The notes below the pieces were generated by a model. That model had not been told where the DNA came from. It was given only the letters and a program-made list of their open reading frames with translations, and did no database searches. The position numbers were made by a program, and so were the translations under genes. Below are positions 1 through 11,482 of a DNA stretch of 64,000 nt, piece by piece. The first letter of the stretch is position 1. Every line of letters starts with the position of its first letter. Source of the DNA: Prochlorococcus sp. AG-402-P16 (GTDB lineage: Bacteria > Cyanobacteriota > Cyanobacteriia > PCC-6307 > Cyanobiaceae); the NCBI GenBank assembly GCA_003216295.1, contig QCJB01000008.1, forward strand, positions 1,569 to 65,568. The letters run 5' to 3'.

Positions 1-1
1 T

Positions 2-250
2 CGGTATGAACCAATTGACTTTTATACAGCATTAGTTCGTTCTTGGGAGGCATATAGACATCAAAAAAGTTGGAAGAAGTTACAAGTAAGAGCAATGTCA
101 AATAAATATAGCTGGGATAGATCCGCGAAGGAATATGAATTGATGTATAAAGATGTTTGTGGAATTAAGGAACCTTCTCCTGATGCCGCTGAGGTTGAAA
201 AGTTTTCTTACGGCCAAGAAGCAGATCCCTCAAGGAAAGTGAAAAAATAA
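2..250 (+). CDS. glgA: glycogen synthase, C-terminal fragment (5' truncated by window)
   Basis: Manual translation of frame 2: [49 protein letters not shown]...KK*; the RAM..xSW..SA..Y pattern is the GlgA C-terminus. Confidence 0.9.
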   Translation, partial: RYEPIDFYTALVRSWEAYRHQKSWKKLQVRAMSNKYSWDRSAKEYELMYKDVCGIKEPSPDAAEVEKFSYGQEADPSRKVKK

Positions 251-303
251 AATTATATGATTTTTGAGTATTTAGATTACTTTGCTTACGTTCAAATATT
301 TGT

Positions 304-1701
304 ATGGATATTACTTTTAAGGACTTAAATAAACTTTGGGGTAAGCCTGGTACTCAAAAGGAAATAGACCTTAATCTATCTATTGGTCGTATATCTACAG
401 ATTCGAGGACTATTGAAAAGGGTGATTTTTATATCCCTTTAGTAGGCAATACCTTTGATGGCCATGATTACTTAGAGATGGCTTTTGATATTGGCATACA
501 GGCAGCAATAGTTTCTGAACGATTTAAAGGTTTTGTACCAACTGATTTGCCTCACTGGGTGGTTCCAGATACTCTTTATGCCTATCAACAAATAGCATTG
601 CTTCATCGGAAAAATTTAAATCTTCCTGTAGTTGCTGTTACTGGTTCTGTTGGTAAAACAACTACAAGAGAATTGATTAGGGCAATACTGTCTCCTCTTG
701 GTGAAATTGTTTCAAGTAGAGGGAATGAAAATAATGATATTGGTGTTCCAAAAACTCTGCTTAGAGGGTCGAAAACAGATGCTGCATTTGTTATCGAAAT
801 GGGTATGCGTGGTTTAGGTCAAATTGAACGTCTCTCTAGAGTTGCTGAACCTGATATTGCTATAATTACAAATGTGGGCCAAGCTCATATTGGTATCCTT
901 GGTAGTAGAGAAAATATTGCAAAAGCCAAGTCTGAAATCACATCAAGCCTAAACTCTGATGGGGTTGTGATTATTCCTTTTGGTGATTACCTCTTAGAAA
1001 AAGCTTTATTAGAAAAATGGTCAGGACGTATTGTTCGATTAGCAATAGAGGGCTTTTCAATGAATTGGTTAGATTGCAAAGATGAGTATTTTTCTTCCCA
1101 AAATATTGAACCAGATTATATTTCTCAAATTGATATGCAAAATAATTTCATGTTTTTTGAGGGAAGTAAATTTAAATTGCCCCTTGAAGGAAGACATAAT
1201 GCTATGAATTTTCTTATGGCATTGACAGTCGCAACAGAATTAGGATTATCAATAAAGAACCTTGATCGATTAAAAATAAAGATGCCAATGGGAAGAAATA
1301 GATTAGTTGATTGTGGACAATATTTAGTTTTAGATGAGACTTACAATGCATCTCCCGAATCTGTTATTGCATCTTTAGAGTTATTGGTAAGCAAGCCTGG
1401 CAGACATTTTGCGGTTTTAGGTACGATGCTTGAGTTGGGCTCTGAGAGTATTGCACTTCACCAGAAAGTTCTTGAAAGAGCTGTTGAATTAGATCTTGCT
1501 GGAATTGTGTTTGTCTCTTGTGGAGAGGAATCTAATATCATAAAAGAGATAATTAAAGAATTACCAAATCATGATGTAGTAAAAACACCAACAGATGCTG
1601 CTAAATCATTATTGTCATGGCTTTCACCAGGAGATAATATTTTAATTAAAGGTAGTCGTAAGTTGGAGTTGGAAAAAGTATTACCTTATTTACAGCAATA
1701 A
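304..1701 (+). CDS. murF: UDP-N-acetylmuramoyl-tripeptide--D-Ala-D-Ala ligase
   Basis: DSR, FDGH, VTGSVGKTTT P-loop, EMGM, DETYNASPES, G.MLELG and KGSR motifs. Confidence 0.96.
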   Translation: MDITFKDLNKLWGKPGTQKEIDLNLSIGRISTDSRTIEKGDFYIPLVGNTFDGHDYLEMAFDIGIQAAIVSERFKGFVPTDLPHWVVPDTLYAYQQIALLHRKNLNLPVVAVTGSVGKTTTRELIRAILSPLGEIVSSRGNENNDIGVPKTLLRGSKTDAAFVIEMGMRGLGQIERLSRVAEPDIAIITNVGQAHIGILGSRENIAKAKSEITSSLNSDGVVIIPFGDYLLEKALLEKWSGRIVRLAIEGFSMNWLDCKDEYFSSQNIEPDYISQIDMQNNFMFFEGSKFKLPLEGRHNAMNFLMALTVATELGLSIKNLDRLKIKMPMGRNRLVDCGQYLVLDETYNASPESVIASLELLVSKPGRHFAVLGTMLELGSESIALHQKVLERAVELDLAGIVFVSCGEESNIIKEIIKELPNHDVVKTPTDAAKSLLSWLSPGDNILIKGSRKLELEKVLPYLQQ

Positions 1702-1714
1702 CTCACTGTTTTAG

Positions 1715-3055
1715 TTAATCAGCCTTGGTTCTAATAATTGCTTTTGATCTTTCAACTACTAAACTTTTGTCAGGAATATCTTTACTAATTGTTGAGCCTG
1801 CACCAATAGTTACATGTGAACCTATCTTGATCGGTGCAACAAGGACTGAATTTGCACCGGTTTTTGAATAATCATCAATAATTGTTCTATGTTTATTTTT
1901 GCCATCAAAATTAGCTGTAATAGTCCCTGCTCCAATATTAATATTTTTTCCTAGAGATGAATCACCTATATAGCTTAAATGATTAATCTTTGTTCCTTCT
2001 CCAATACAACTTTTTTTTATTTCCACAAAGTTACCTATTTTAGAATTTTTTCTTATGTTTGATTCTGGCCTTATGTGGGCGAATGGACCAATTGATGTGT
2101 TATTTCCAATCGATGCCTCATTGATGAATGAATGAATTGCTAATACATTTTCCGCTAGAGTTGAATTCGTTATGACACTACCTGGACCTAAATGACATCC
2201 ATTGCCTATACTGCATTTGCCGCGGAGATGAGTTTGTGGTTCAATAATTACGTCTGTGCCAAAGTTCGAATCCTCGCTTATAGAACAACTAATAGGATCA
2301 ACAAATGAAACTCCTTTGCTCATCCATAAGGATTTAAGCTCTTCTTGAATGTAATGTTCGCATTCAGAAAGTTGAAGCCTATCATTAATGCCCTTGATCT
2401 CAAATGGATTATCTACCTCAAAATGCAATGCTTTTTTAAGTAAACTTATAGTATCTGTTAGATAAATCTCATTTTGACTATTTTGGCTAGATAATAAGTT
2501 TAGAACATCTGATAATTGTTGCCAATCAAAGCAATATATACCCGCATTTATTAATTTATTTTTTCGCTGTTCATCAGTACAATCTCTCTCTTCGATGATT
2601 TCTTTTACTAGCCCCGACTCATCTGTGAATACTCGCCCATATCCTGTTGGAGAATCTAAACTTGCAGACAGAAAAGTTACACTCGCATTGGATGCTTTGT
2701 GAAATTTCAAGAGTGAACTTAGAGTTTTCTGTTTTAGCAGTGGTACGTCTCCATTTAGTACTAACAGTTCTCCATTAAAGCCTTTTAATCTAGGACTTAA
2801 TTGCTGAATAGCATGTCCTGTTCCATTTTGAGGTTGTTGAAGAACAAAGTCCAAGTCTTGATGATGTTTGAGAGAGTCCTCTACTAATATCGCTTGATGT
2901 CCTACAACTATTAATCTATGGTTTGGCCTTAGTTCGTGAGTAGAGGACAAAACTCTATCGATAAGAGATTTCCCTGCTAAATGGTGAAGAACCTTAGGCA
3001 GCTTACTTTTCATTCGCGTACCTTTTCCAGCCGCTAAAATTGCGATGGCAAGCAT
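1715..3055 (-). CDS. glmU: bifunctional UDP-GlcNAc pyrophosphorylase/glucosamine-1-P acetyltransferase
   Basis: [27 protein letters not shown]-terminal hexapeptide repeats, HLSYIGD. Confidence 0.97.
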   Translation of the reverse strand: MLAIAILAAGKGTRMKSKLPKVLHHLAGKSLIDRVLSSTHELRPNHRLIVVGHQAILVEDSLKHHQDLDFVLQQPQNGTGHAIQQLSPRLKGFNGELLVLNGDVPLLKQKTLSSLLKFHKASNASVTFLSASLDSPTGYGRVFTDESGLVKEIIEERDCTDEQRKNKLINAGIYCFDWQQLSDVLNLLSSQNSQNEIYLTDTISLLKKALHFEVDNPFEIKGINDRLQLSECEHYIQEELKSLWMSKGVSFVDPISCSISEDSNFGTDVIIEPQTHLRGKCSIGNGCHLGPGSVITNSTLAENVLAIHSFINEASIGNNTSIGPFAHIRPESNIRKNSKIGNFVEIKKSCIGEGTKINHLSYIGDSSLGKNINIGAGTITANFDGKNKHRTIIDDYSKTGANSVLVAPIKIGSHVTIGAGSTISKDIPDKSLVVERSKAIIRTKAD

Positions 3056-3092
3056 TAGAGTACTTTTTTGAAGAAATCTAATTGCTTTATTC

Positions 3093-3989
3093 CTATTGCG
3101 CAGTATTCCATCGTTTTCTCCATGAAGAAGTGTTTATTAATTGACTTTTAGATTGCTCTAGTTCTCTTGTTGAAATGATTTCTTTAGATTTCCCTTTTCC
3201 TGTTGGATCTCTGTAAGGAATTGATGAACGTGTAGCGAGGTGTTCTACTTCTCTAGTGCTTAAGTGTTTAAAAAGACAATTTTTTGAAATGAACTGCTGT
3301 TCTAATTGCTTTTTCATAGCAACTGTCCCTGAGCTCCATCTGCTAGGGGCATCGATTGAGGGAACTATTGAATAGATGTTTAAACCAGCTCTTTTCAAAC
3401 TAGCTCTAATTGACGCTGCAGTTGAATATGTAATTAAGCGGCCGTCGAAAGAAAGTCTTTCGGTTAATAAAGAGATAAATTCCTCACTCCATAGCTCGGG
3501 ACACTTTTGTGGAGAAAAGGGATCAAGAAGAATTAAATCAAACAATAGAGAATCTTGTATTTCGTAAATTTTTTGTCTTGCATCTCCCCAGTGAATAGTT
3601 CCTTCGTTAAAACCTTCAGTCCATCTCCCTGATTTGTTTAAACAATTAAAAAAGTGCAATACTTTTGGAGACCAAATTTCCTGAAATATTTTTTCATTGA
3701 GACCAAGATTTAGAGGCCTTTGATCAATCTCAAGTCCATGCCATTCGATTGTAAGATTGCTTTTAAGTAACTCTTCGAGAATACATCCAGTGTTATACCC
3801 TAGGCCCATACAAACATCTAAAACAATTATTTTTTTAGTGTTAGAAAATTGTTCTAATTGAGATGGTATTAGATATTTATCGATTGATTCTCTGAGTGCT
3901 CCATCCTTATCATGAAATCCCTCTTCATAGCTCAAGCTATATAGACTTAAACTCCCATCTTTTGTCGTATGTTTTTTAAAATCATCCAA
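3093..3989 (-). CDS. MnmC/MnmD-like SAM-dependent tRNA methyltransferase (stand-alone)
   Basis: T.DGS.SLYS..Y.E.FH...[26 protein letters not shown] motifs of the MnmC methyltransferase domain. Confidence 0.8.
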   Translation of the reverse strand: MDDFKKHTTKDGSLSLYSLSYEEGFHDKDGALRESIDKYLIPSQLEQFSNTKKIIVLDVCMGLGYNTGCILEELLKSNLTIEWHGLEIDQRPLNLGLNEKIFQEIWSPKVLHFFNCLNKSGRWTEGFNEGTIHWGDARQKIYEIQDSLLFDLILLDPFSPQKCPELWSEEFISLLTERLSFDGRLITYSTAASIRASLKRAGLNIYSIVPSIDAPSRWSSGTVAMKKQLEQQFISKNCLFKHLSTREVEHLATRSSIPYRDPTGKGKSKEIISTRELEQSKSQLINTSSWRKRWNTAQ

Positions 3990-4001
3990 TTCTAAGAAAA
4001 A

Positions 4002-5336
4002 CTAATTTTTTTGATGAAGTCTCTTAAGATCACTCCAAAAATCTGGATATGAGATTGCGGCAGCCTCACTACGTCGTAATGTCGAATTAGAATTAGCCAT
4101 AATTGATGCAATAGCTAAACTCATGGCTATTCGGTGATCATCTTCGCTATCAAGCTCGCATCCTTTAAGATTTGATCCTCCGTAGATAGTTAGACCATCT
4201 TGATGCTCGTCTAATTTGGCTCCCATCCTTTTTAATTGCCTAGTCATTACAGCTAATCGATCAGTTTCTTTAACTCTCAATTCACTTGCTCCTTTTATTT
4301 GACTGATACCATTACAAAAACATGCTGCTACGGATAATATAGGTATCTCGTCTACAAGCCGAGGCATTATCTCAGCATCAATTTTAAATGGTTTCAAGTT
4401 TTCTTTGTAGAAAACTTCTATGTCTCCGACAGGTTCACCTGCGACATCTCTTTTGTTGATTACGTTGATATTTGCTTCCATTGCTTCTAACACTTCAATT
4501 ATTCCAGTTCTTGTTGGATTTAGACCAACATTTTCGACAACTAATTCTGATCTTGGAATGATGCTACCTGCAACCAGCCAAAATGCAGCAGAGCTAATAT
4601 CACCTGGAACAATAATTGATTGACCTTTTAGATCTTTGCCCGGGGAAACAGTTATATGTCTACCCATTTCACCACCAACTTCTAGATTAGCTCCGAAGGC
4701 TTTTAACATTCGCTCGCTATGATCTCTTGATCTAGCGGGTTCAATAACCGTCGTTGAGCCTTCTGCATTAAGAGCCGCTAGTAGGATTGCAGATTTTATC
4801 TGAGCACTTGCTACTGGAGTACCAATTACTGCACCTCTTAATTTGTTCCCGATAATCGATAGAGGCGCCAAGTCTCCACCGCATCTTCCAGAAACTTTTG
4901 CTCCCATCATTTTTAACGGCTGTCCTACTCTTTTCATTGGCCTATTTCGGAGTGATTTATCTCCTGTAAGGATGAAATGATGATCTTTTTGGCCGGCTAA
5001 CAATCCCATTATTAATCTCATAGTTGTTCCTGAATTTCCGCAGTTCAAAATATTTTTTGGCTCTTGGAGGCCATTTATTCCAACACCTTCAATTTCAATA
5101 ATGTCTCCTTTCTTAATTGGACTAATCTTTACGCCCATTGACCTAAGGCACTCAGCAGTACTTAATGGGTCTTCAGCAGGCAAAAGGCCCTCAATTATTG
5201 TTTTCCCCTCAGCAATAGCCCCAAAAAGGAGAGCTCGGTGTGAGATTGATTTATCTCCAGGTACTTTCACTTTTCCACAGAGCTCCCCTCCTTTTTGAAG
5301 GTCTCTTAAAGACTGATCTTTAGTGGGAACTTTCAA
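4002..5336 (-). CDS. aroA: 3-phosphoshikimate 1-carboxyvinyltransferase (EPSP synthase)
   Basis: [41 protein letters not shown]. Confidence 0.98.
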   Translation of the reverse strand: MKVPTKDQSLRDLQKGGELCGKVKVPGDKSISHRALLFGAIAEGKTIIEGLLPAEDPLSTAECLRSMGVKISPIKKGDIIEIEGVGINGLQEPKNILNCGNSGTTMRLIMGLLAGQKDHHFILTGDKSLRNRPMKRVGQPLKMMGAKVSGRCGGDLAPLSIIGNKLRGAVIGTPVASAQIKSAILLAALNAEGSTTVIEPARSRDHSERMLKAFGANLEVGGEMGRHITVSPGKDLKGQSIIVPGDISSAAFWLVAGSIIPRSELVVENVGLNPTRTGIIEVLEAMEANINVINKRDVAGEPVGDIEVFYKENLKPFKIDAEIMPRLVDEIPILSVAACFCNGISQIKGASELRVKETDRLAVMTRQLKRMGAKLDEHQDGLTIYGGSNLKGCELDSEDDHRIAMSLAIASIMANSNSTLRRSEAAAISYPDFWSDLKRLHQKN

Positions 5337-5390
5337 TGAAAAAACAATATTTTATTTTATTTTATTTATCGATAAGCTTTATTCCTGATT

Positions 5391-6956
5391 TTATGAATTG
5401 TTTACTTGTTTTTGACGCATTAGTTCATCGATAACATACCCAAATAATTCTGGACTTGGTTGCTTGTTTTCTAGCTCCGATAACCCTAGTTCTTCCCATC
5501 TTTCATCGACTTTCTCTTCAAGTTCTTGAGGCCTTGTTAATGGCTTTCCCCAATCATGATTTTTTTCTGGGCCAATTTTCGTTGTTGCATCAATAGCTAA
5601 TCTCCCTCCTAATCCGATATTTTCACTTGCGAAGTCAAGGGAATCAAAAGGAGTATTCTCGAGTATGAATAAATCTCTTTGAGGGTCAACTTGACTGGAT
5701 AATACCCAAACTACTTGTCTAGGATCTCTTACATTGATTGATGAGTCTACTACGACGACAAATTTTGTATAAGTAAATTGGGGTAAAGCACTCCAAAAAG
5801 CCATTGCAGCTCTTTTCGCTTGGCCTGGATATGCTTTATCAATTGATATAACTGCTAACTTGTAGCTCAAAGCTTCCATTGGGAGGAAGAAATCAATAAT
5901 TTCAGGTATTTGTTGTTTAAGTATTGGAGTATAAATTCGATTTAATGCGATGGCCAGCATGGCCTCTTCTTTTGGAGGCCTGCCGCTGAAGGTTGTTAAA
6001 AATATTGGTTTTTTCCTTTGAGTCATACAGTGGAACCTAATTAAAGGTGAGGACTCAGCACCTCCATAGAACCCCATATGGTCTCCAAAGGGACCATCCA
6101 TCATCTCTTCCCCTGGAGTTATAGATCCTTCCAGAACAATTTCACTGTGACTAGGGACCTGAAGATCGATAGTTTTACATTTAGTCAATCGAACACCTTC
6201 CCCTGCATATAAACCAGCAAAAAGCCATTCACTGAGTTGTACTGGAATCGGAGTTGCTGCTGCCATAACAAGTAGTGGATGAACTCCAATTGCTACAGCA
6301 ACTTCTAACTTTTTATTCATTGCAGCGGCTTTGCGAAGATGCCTGGCACCTCCTCTGACACTTAACCAATGGACCGTCATACTCTTGGCAGATTGTCTTT
6401 GGAGTCGATAAACACCAACATTTGGAACGCCTGTTTCAGGATCTTTTGTTATTACAAGACCTAAAGTGATGGCACCGCCAGCATCCTCTGGCCATGGACG
6501 TAAAAGCGGTAAAAGATTTAGATCTAAATCTTTTTCACCAATTATTTTTTGATGGCATGGTGGTAATAGATCAATATCCGGGCGTGCTTTAAGTAGATCC
6601 CAAGCAACTGAAGCAAAGGCTTTGGTCTCATTAAATCCTTTTGGAGGTCTTGGTTGCTGAAGCAGGGCTAACTTTTTCCCTAAATCCTCCAATTGTTCTT
6701 GCTTCTCTAAGCCCATACTCCATACCACGCGTTCCATTGTGCCAAGTAAATTGACTGCGACAGGAATTGATGAACCTTTTACGTTTTCAAAAAGTAGAGC
6801 AGGTCCTCCCATCCCAAGAACTCGGTCGCTTATCGCTGCAATTTCCAAGTCACTATCAACTTGATTGCTTATTCTCTTCAATTGACCTTTTTTTTCCAAG
6901 AGAGATAGAAAATCTCTGATGTCCCGTGTAAGTTGTTCTTGACGAAATAATTTCAT
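5391..6956 (-). CDS. ubiD: UbiD-family (prFMN-dependent) decarboxylase, likely plastoquinone pathway
   Basis: NVGVYR.Q, EIVLEG, DGPFGDHMGFY, RPPKE, IDAT.K motifs. Confidence 0.92.
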   Translation of the reverse strand: MKLFRQEQLTRDIRDFLSLLEKKGQLKRISNQVDSDLEIAAISDRVLGMGGPALLFENVKGSSIPVAVNLLGTMERVVWSMGLEKQEQLEDLGKKLALLQQPRPPKGFNETKAFASVAWDLLKARPDIDLLPPCHQKIIGEKDLDLNLLPLLRPWPEDAGGAITLGLVITKDPETGVPNVGVYRLQRQSAKSMTVHWLSVRGGARHLRKAAAMNKKLEVAVAIGVHPLLVMAAATPIPVQLSEWLFAGLYAGEGVRLTKCKTIDLQVPSHSEIVLEGSITPGEEMMDGPFGDHMGFYGGAESSPLIRFHCMTQRKKPIFLTTFSGRPPKEEAMLAIALNRIYTPILKQQIPEIIDFFLPMEALSYKLAVISIDKAYPGQAKRAAMAFWSALPQFTYTKFVVVVDSSINVRDPRQVVWVLSSQVDPQRDLFILENTPFDSLDFASENIGLGGRLAIDATTKIGPEKNHDWGKPLTRPQELEEKVDERWEELGLSELENKQPSPELFGYVIDELMRQKQVNNS

Positions 6957-7014
6957 GAAGGTCTGCGCGTTTAACCTATTTATCTAGTTACTGTGACGCA
7001 AGTTATCAGCCTTT

Positions 7015-7749
7015 GTGGAAATGAAACTTTCTTATTTTTACGTAGCAGCAGATGTTCCCAAAGGAATAATCCCTGAATCATCAGTAGTAATTGATGTTCT
7101 CAGAGCTACAACAACAATTGCCTGGGCTCTTGAGAATGGTGCTGACTCAGTGCAGGTGTTTGCAGATGTTGAGGAACTTCAAAGTGAGGCAAATGCTTTT
7201 CGTGACAAGGATAAAATTCTGGTAGGTGAGAGAGGAGGTAAAAAATTAGAAGGATTTGATTTAGGAAATTCTCCATTAGGCGTTTCAGCAGCCAATGTAA
7301 AAGGTAAAAGAGTTTTTATGAGCACAACGAATGGAACCAGATCACTCCATCGTGTTAGGGAATCCAAAAGTTTGTACACAATGGCTCTTCCAAATAGAAA
7401 AGCTATTGCTGAAAGATTGAAAAGCGATAATCCAAAAGAAGTTTGGATCGTTGGGAGTGGCTGGGAAGGCTCTTATTCTTTAGAAGATTCTTTGGCCGCT
7501 GGGGCTTTGGCTTATCTTCTTATGGATCAATTAGATTCGGTAGAGATATTAAATGATGAATTGATGGCCTCCATAGCACTTTGGAAAACCTGGAAGAATG
7601 ATGTTGAAGGATGTTTACGTATTGCAAGTCATGGACAAAGGCTTGCAGGAATAGGTAATCATGATGATGATTTCGCTTGTTGCTCTTCTTTGGACAATCT
7701 TTCTGTTATTCCCAAACAGACTGAGATGGGAGTCCTTCGTGCAAGCTAA
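7015..7749 (+). CDS. comB: 2-phosphosulfolactate phosphatase family protein
   Basis: [31 protein letters not shown] motifs. Confidence 0.9.
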   Translation: MEMKLSYFYVAADVPKGIIPESSVVIDVLRATTTIAWALENGADSVQVFADVEELQSEANAFRDKDKILVGERGGKKLEGFDLGNSPLGVSAANVKGKRVFMSTTNGTRSLHRVRESKSLYTMALPNRKAIAERLKSDNPKEVWIVGSGWEGSYSLEDSLAAGALAYLLMDQLDSVEILNDELMASIALWKTWKNDVEGCLRIASHGQRLAGIGNHDDDFACCSSLDNLSVIPKQTEMGVLRAS

Positions 7750-7778
7750 CTTTTAAATTATTTTTACTTTTTAACTCT

Positions 7779-8603
7779 GTGTCAGATTTTTTGGCTGCGG
7801 CCTTACAGCTAACAAGTACTTCAGATGTAGACGCCAATCTCAATTTTGCAGAAGAACAAATTGAGTTAGCATCTAGGAGAGGAGCAGATCTTGTTGGACT
7901 TCCTGAAAACTTTGCATTTTTAGGGGAAGATCAAAAAAAACTTAAAATAGCATCATCTATCTATGAAAAATGCAATAGTTTTTTAGTAACTATGGCAAGG
8001 AGATATCAGGTCGTTTTACTTGGAGGAGGTTTTCCAGTACCCGCCGGAGATGGAGTAAGAACTTTTAATAGAGCGGAATTGTTTGGTAAGGATGGCCAAT
8101 CTTTAGCTCGTTATGACAAGATTCATCTTTTTGATGTTGATCTCCCTGAGGGGAACACCTATAGAGAATCTGAAACTATAGTTTCTGGCAGTGAATCACC
8201 ACCAGTTGTTGATGTGCCAGGTCTTTGCAAAATTGGATTATCAATTTGTTATGACGTCAGATTCCCTGAACTTTATAGAAATTTAGTTAATAATGGTGCA
8301 GATCTATTAATGATTCCTGCTGCTTTTACTGCTTTTACTGGAAAAGATCATTGGCAAGTCTTACTCCAAGCAAGAGCTATCGAAAATACAGCATATGTAG
8401 TTGCCCCAGCCCAAACTGGTCGTCATTATGGGAGACGACAAAGTCATGGACATGCAATGGTTATTGATCCATGGGGTACAGTTCTAGCAGACGCAGGAGT
8501 TATTCAAGGTGCTGCCATAGCCCCTGCTGATAAAGAGAGGGTTGAAAGAATAAGAGGCCAAATGCCCAGCCTTAAACATCGGAAAACTGAGCTTTTTACT
8601 TGA
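7779..8603 (+). CDS. carbon-nitrogen hydrolase (Nit1-like, putative deaminated glutathione amidase)
   Basis: Glu-Lys-Cys triad motifs LPE, YDKIHLFD, ICYDVRFPE; ARAIEN. Confidence 0.9.
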   Translation: MSDFLAAALQLTSTSDVDANLNFAEEQIELASRRGADLVGLPENFAFLGEDQKKLKIASSIYEKCNSFLVTMARRYQVVLLGGGFPVPAGDGVRTFNRAELFGKDGQSLARYDKIHLFDVDLPEGNTYRESETIVSGSESPPVVDVPGLCKIGLSICYDVRFPELYRNLVNNGADLLMIPAAFTAFTGKDHWQVLLQARAIENTAYVVAPAQTGRHYGRRQSHGHAMVIDPWGTVLADAGVIQGAAIAPADKERVERIRGQMPSLKHRKTELFT

Positions 8604-9688
8604 TGTTTAAAGATAAATCTTTAAAGTCAAAATTAGCATTATTTGCTGGAGTTATTTTTTTCTCCAATTTTGTATTCTCTTTACCCCTAAGGTCTGCTAG
8701 TGCACTTGCCGCCTGGGCCCTTACTAGTAACGGAAGTCTTAAATTAAGAACTTCTGCAGGCGTTAAATTAGATGCTTTTTATCAATCATCTACTGGAGAT
8801 AAAGGGGAAAGAGTGTGGGTAGATTTTCCCGGGGAATTAAGTAAACCTAGAACTTTAAAAGGCAATGGATCAGTAAAAGAGATTAGATTAGGTAAACCCT
8901 CTGAAGGAATAACTAGGCTTGTTATAGAGTTTTCACCTTCAGTTAGATTAGAACCTTCAAAATTAAAATTAATTGGTATTTCTTCAAATACTTGGGAGTT
9001 GAAATTTAAGGGCTTAGAAAGCAATTCTTTTAGTTCTATAGGAGAAGGTAATATTATTAGAAATTCAATAAAAAGAACTTTCGAAAAAATAAATCGTCAA
9101 GATTTAGATTTATCTTCTTTGCCTAATGTTCCATATGGAAAGTATAAAATTGTTATTGACCCAGGTCATGGTGGCTCAGATCCCGGCGCTGTAGGGATTA
9201 ATGGATTAAGAGAGACAGATGTAGTTTTAGAAGTATCAAAGAAGGTTTCACAATTTTTGACTAATAAAGGAGTCAAAACTGTACTTACTCGTAATCATGA
9301 GAGAACTTTAGATTTACAACCAAGAGTGACTAGAGCTAATAATTCAAAAGCAAATGCATTTGTAAGTATCCATGCAAATGCAACTAGAGGGAAACGCAGA
9401 GATGTCAATGGTTTAGAGACGTATTACTATTCAGGTTATAAAGGTTATTCATTAGCAAAAAATATTCATAAACAAATTTTGATTGCCTCATCGCAAAGTC
9501 CAGATAGAGGGGTTCGTAGATCTCGTTTTTATGTAATTAGAAAAACATCTATGCCTGCAGCTCTAGTTGAAATTGGATTTGTAACGGGTATGTATGATGC
9601 AGCTTTATTACGTCAAAAACCCTATCGAGAAAAGATTGCTTTCGCTATAGCTAAGGGAATCCTTAATTATCTAAAGGTATCGAATTAA
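8600..9688 (+). CDS. amiC: N-acetylmuramoyl-L-alanine amidase (signal peptide, AMIN-like domain, Amidase_3)
   Basis: IDPGHGG.DPGA, FVSIHAN, G.ETYY, LVEIGF. Confidence 0.9.
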   Translation: MMFKDKSLKSKLALFAGVIFFSNFVFSLPLRSASALAAWALTSNGSLKLRTSAGVKLDAFYQSSTGDKGERVWVDFPGELSKPRTLKGNGSVKEIRLGKPSEGITRLVIEFSPSVRLEPSKLKLIGISSNTWELKFKGLESNSFSSIGEGNIIRNSIKRTFEKINRQDLDLSSLPNVPYGKYKIVIDPGHGGSDPGAVGINGLRETDVVLEVSKKVSQFLTNKGVKTVLTRNHERTLDLQPRVTRANNSKANAFVSIHANATRGKRRDVNGLETYYYSGYKGYSLAKNIHKQILIASSQSPDRGVRRSRFYVIRKTSMPAALVEIGFVTGMYDAALLRQKPYREKIAFAIAKGILNYLKVSN

Positions 9689-9690
9689 AG

Positions 9691-10479
9691 ATGCGTCTTG
9701 GTTTGTTTGATAGTGGCATTGGAGGTCTCACGGTTTTTAAAAAGGTTGTTGAATTATCTCCCAATACTTCATTTGTATATTTAGCAGATACTGCAAGACT
9801 TCCTTATGGCTTAAGAACTTCAAATGAGATTATTGAAATTGCAGAAGAAATATCATTTTGGTTTAGTCATCAAAATATTGATGCTTTTTTGGTTGCATGT
9901 AACACGACAAATTCAATAGCCTTGGACGTAATTAAAAAGAGATTAAATGTCCCTGTTTTTGATTTAATTGAATCTGTTTCTTCAGTTATTGAAGAAAATA
10001 GGGTAGGTGTTTTGGCTACTCCTTCTACAGTCAAAACAAGTGCATATACAAATGCAATTTTAGGCTTTAAACCAAAAACTTTTGTAATTGAACAACCATG
10101 TCCAGAATTTGTCCCACTTATTGAAATGGATCAACTTAAATTAGATGAGATTAGAGATGTTGCGATTGGATACTTACAACCACTATTAAAGGAAAATATT
10201 GAATCTTTAATTCTTGGATGTAGTCATTATCCCTTGATAAGTCCTTTGCTAGTTAAATTATTACCCTCTAATGTCAAATTGATTGACCCTGCTGAAGCCC
10301 TTTCTTTGAAGTTAAAGTTGTTTATGGATTCAAAAATGAGCAATTTCGCAAAGAGAAATTACTTGGTTGATTCAAAGTTTTATGTAACTTCAGATCCCTG
10401 CAATTTCGCCAATAGAGCCAAGCAGTGGTTAAATCTGTTTCCTGAAGTTAAGCTCGTTTCACTGCAGAAGAAGGCTTGA
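9691..10479 (+). CDS. murI: glutamate racemase
   Basis: FDSGIGGLTV, PYG, VACNT, LGCSHYP. Confidence 0.96.
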   Translation: MRLGLFDSGIGGLTVFKKVVELSPNTSFVYLADTARLPYGLRTSNEIIEIAEEISFWFSHQNIDAFLVACNTTNSIALDVIKKRLNVPVFDLIESVSSVIEENRVGVLATPSTVKTSAYTNAILGFKPKTFVIEQPCPEFVPLIEMDQLKLDEIRDVAIGYLQPLLKENIESLILGCSHYPLISPLLVKLLPSNVKLIDPAEALSLKLKLFMDSKMSNFAKRNYLVDSKFYVTSDPCNFANRAKQWLNLFPEVKLVSLQKKA

Positions 10480-10510
10480 GTCTCTTAATATCAAAAAGTA
10501 GAGCGCTTTT

Positions 10511-11482
10511 ATGACCACAGCCACTGAAATTCTTCAACCTGTAGAACTTGATCTAGAAGCTTTGCTTTCAGATCTACGCAGCCTCATTGGTGCTGGGCAC
10601 CCAATCTTGCAGGCTGCTGCCGAGCACCTTTTCAGTGCAGGCGGAAAACGTTTAAGACCTGGGATTGTTTTATTGATTTCAAGAGCATTGACCTCTGAGA
10701 AGGAGCTTCCTTTAAAACATCGAAAATTGGCCCAAATCACTGAGATGATTCATACCGCGTCTCTTGTTCATGATGATGTTGTTGATGAAGCAGATACTAG
10801 AAGAGGGGTTGAAACCGTTCATAGTCGATTTGACCCAAGAATTGCTGTACTCGCAGGTGACTTTTTATTTGCACAAGCTAGTTGGCACTTGGCAAATCTT
10901 GAGAATTTGGATGTTGTTAAATTGTTAAGTAGAGTGATAATGGATTTAGCTGAAGGTGAGATAAAGCAAGGTCTTAATAGATTTGATTCCAGTCAATCCT
11001 TTGAAAGTTATTTAGAAAAAAGTTATTGTAAAACAGCTTCTCTAATTGCAAATAGTTCTAAGGCTATAGGAGTCTTATCTGAGGTGAATGAAGAGAGTTT
11101 AAATTCACTTTATTTTTTCGGAAGGCAACTAGGATTAGCTTTTCAAGTTGTAGATGATATCCTTGACTTTACTGGTAATGATGAACAATTAGGTAAGCCA
11201 GCGGCAAGTGATTTAGAGAGTGGATATCTTACAGCACCTGTCTTTTACGCTTTGGAAGAACATCCAACTCTTGGTGAACTTATTAATGGTAAATTTTCCA
11301 AAAAAGATGATCTTTTTAAGGCTTTATCTATAGTAAGAGATTCAAATGCGATTAAAAAATCACGCGAATTGGCTGAAAGATTTGCATCTGAGTCTAAAGA
11401 ATCAATTTCTTGGTTGCCAGATTCACCATCAAAAAAAGCATTACTTGAATTACCTGAATTCGTTATAAGTAGACTTTATTAA
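10511..11482 (+). CDS. sds: solanesyl diphosphate synthase
   Basis: GGKRLRP, HDDVVD..RRG, KTASL, FQVVDDILD. Confidence 0.93.
   Translation: MTTATEILQPVELDLEALLSDLRSLIGAGHPILQAAAEHLFSAGGKRLRPGIVLLISRALTSEKELPLKHRKLAQITEMIHTASLVHDDVVDEADTRRGVETVHSRFDPRIAVLAGDFLFAQASWHLANLENLDVVKLLSRVIMDLAEGEIKQGLNRFDSSQSFESYLEKSYCKTASLIANSSKAIGVLSEVNEESLNSLYFFGRQLGLAFQVVDDILDFTGNDEQLGKPAASDLESGYLTAPVFYALEEHPTLGELINGKFSKKDDLFKALSIVRDSNAIKKSRELAERFASESKESISWLPDSPSKKALLELPEFVISRLY

Noticed and set aside
3376-5298. Short opposite-strand or nested ORFs here and throughout the track (e.g. 7179, 8782, 10534, 11705, 12281, 16604, 20990, 27080, 34004, 51835, 55400, 61680, 62993)
   Set aside because: They lie wholly or almost wholly within well-supported genes and have no recognisable motifs; shadow ORFs
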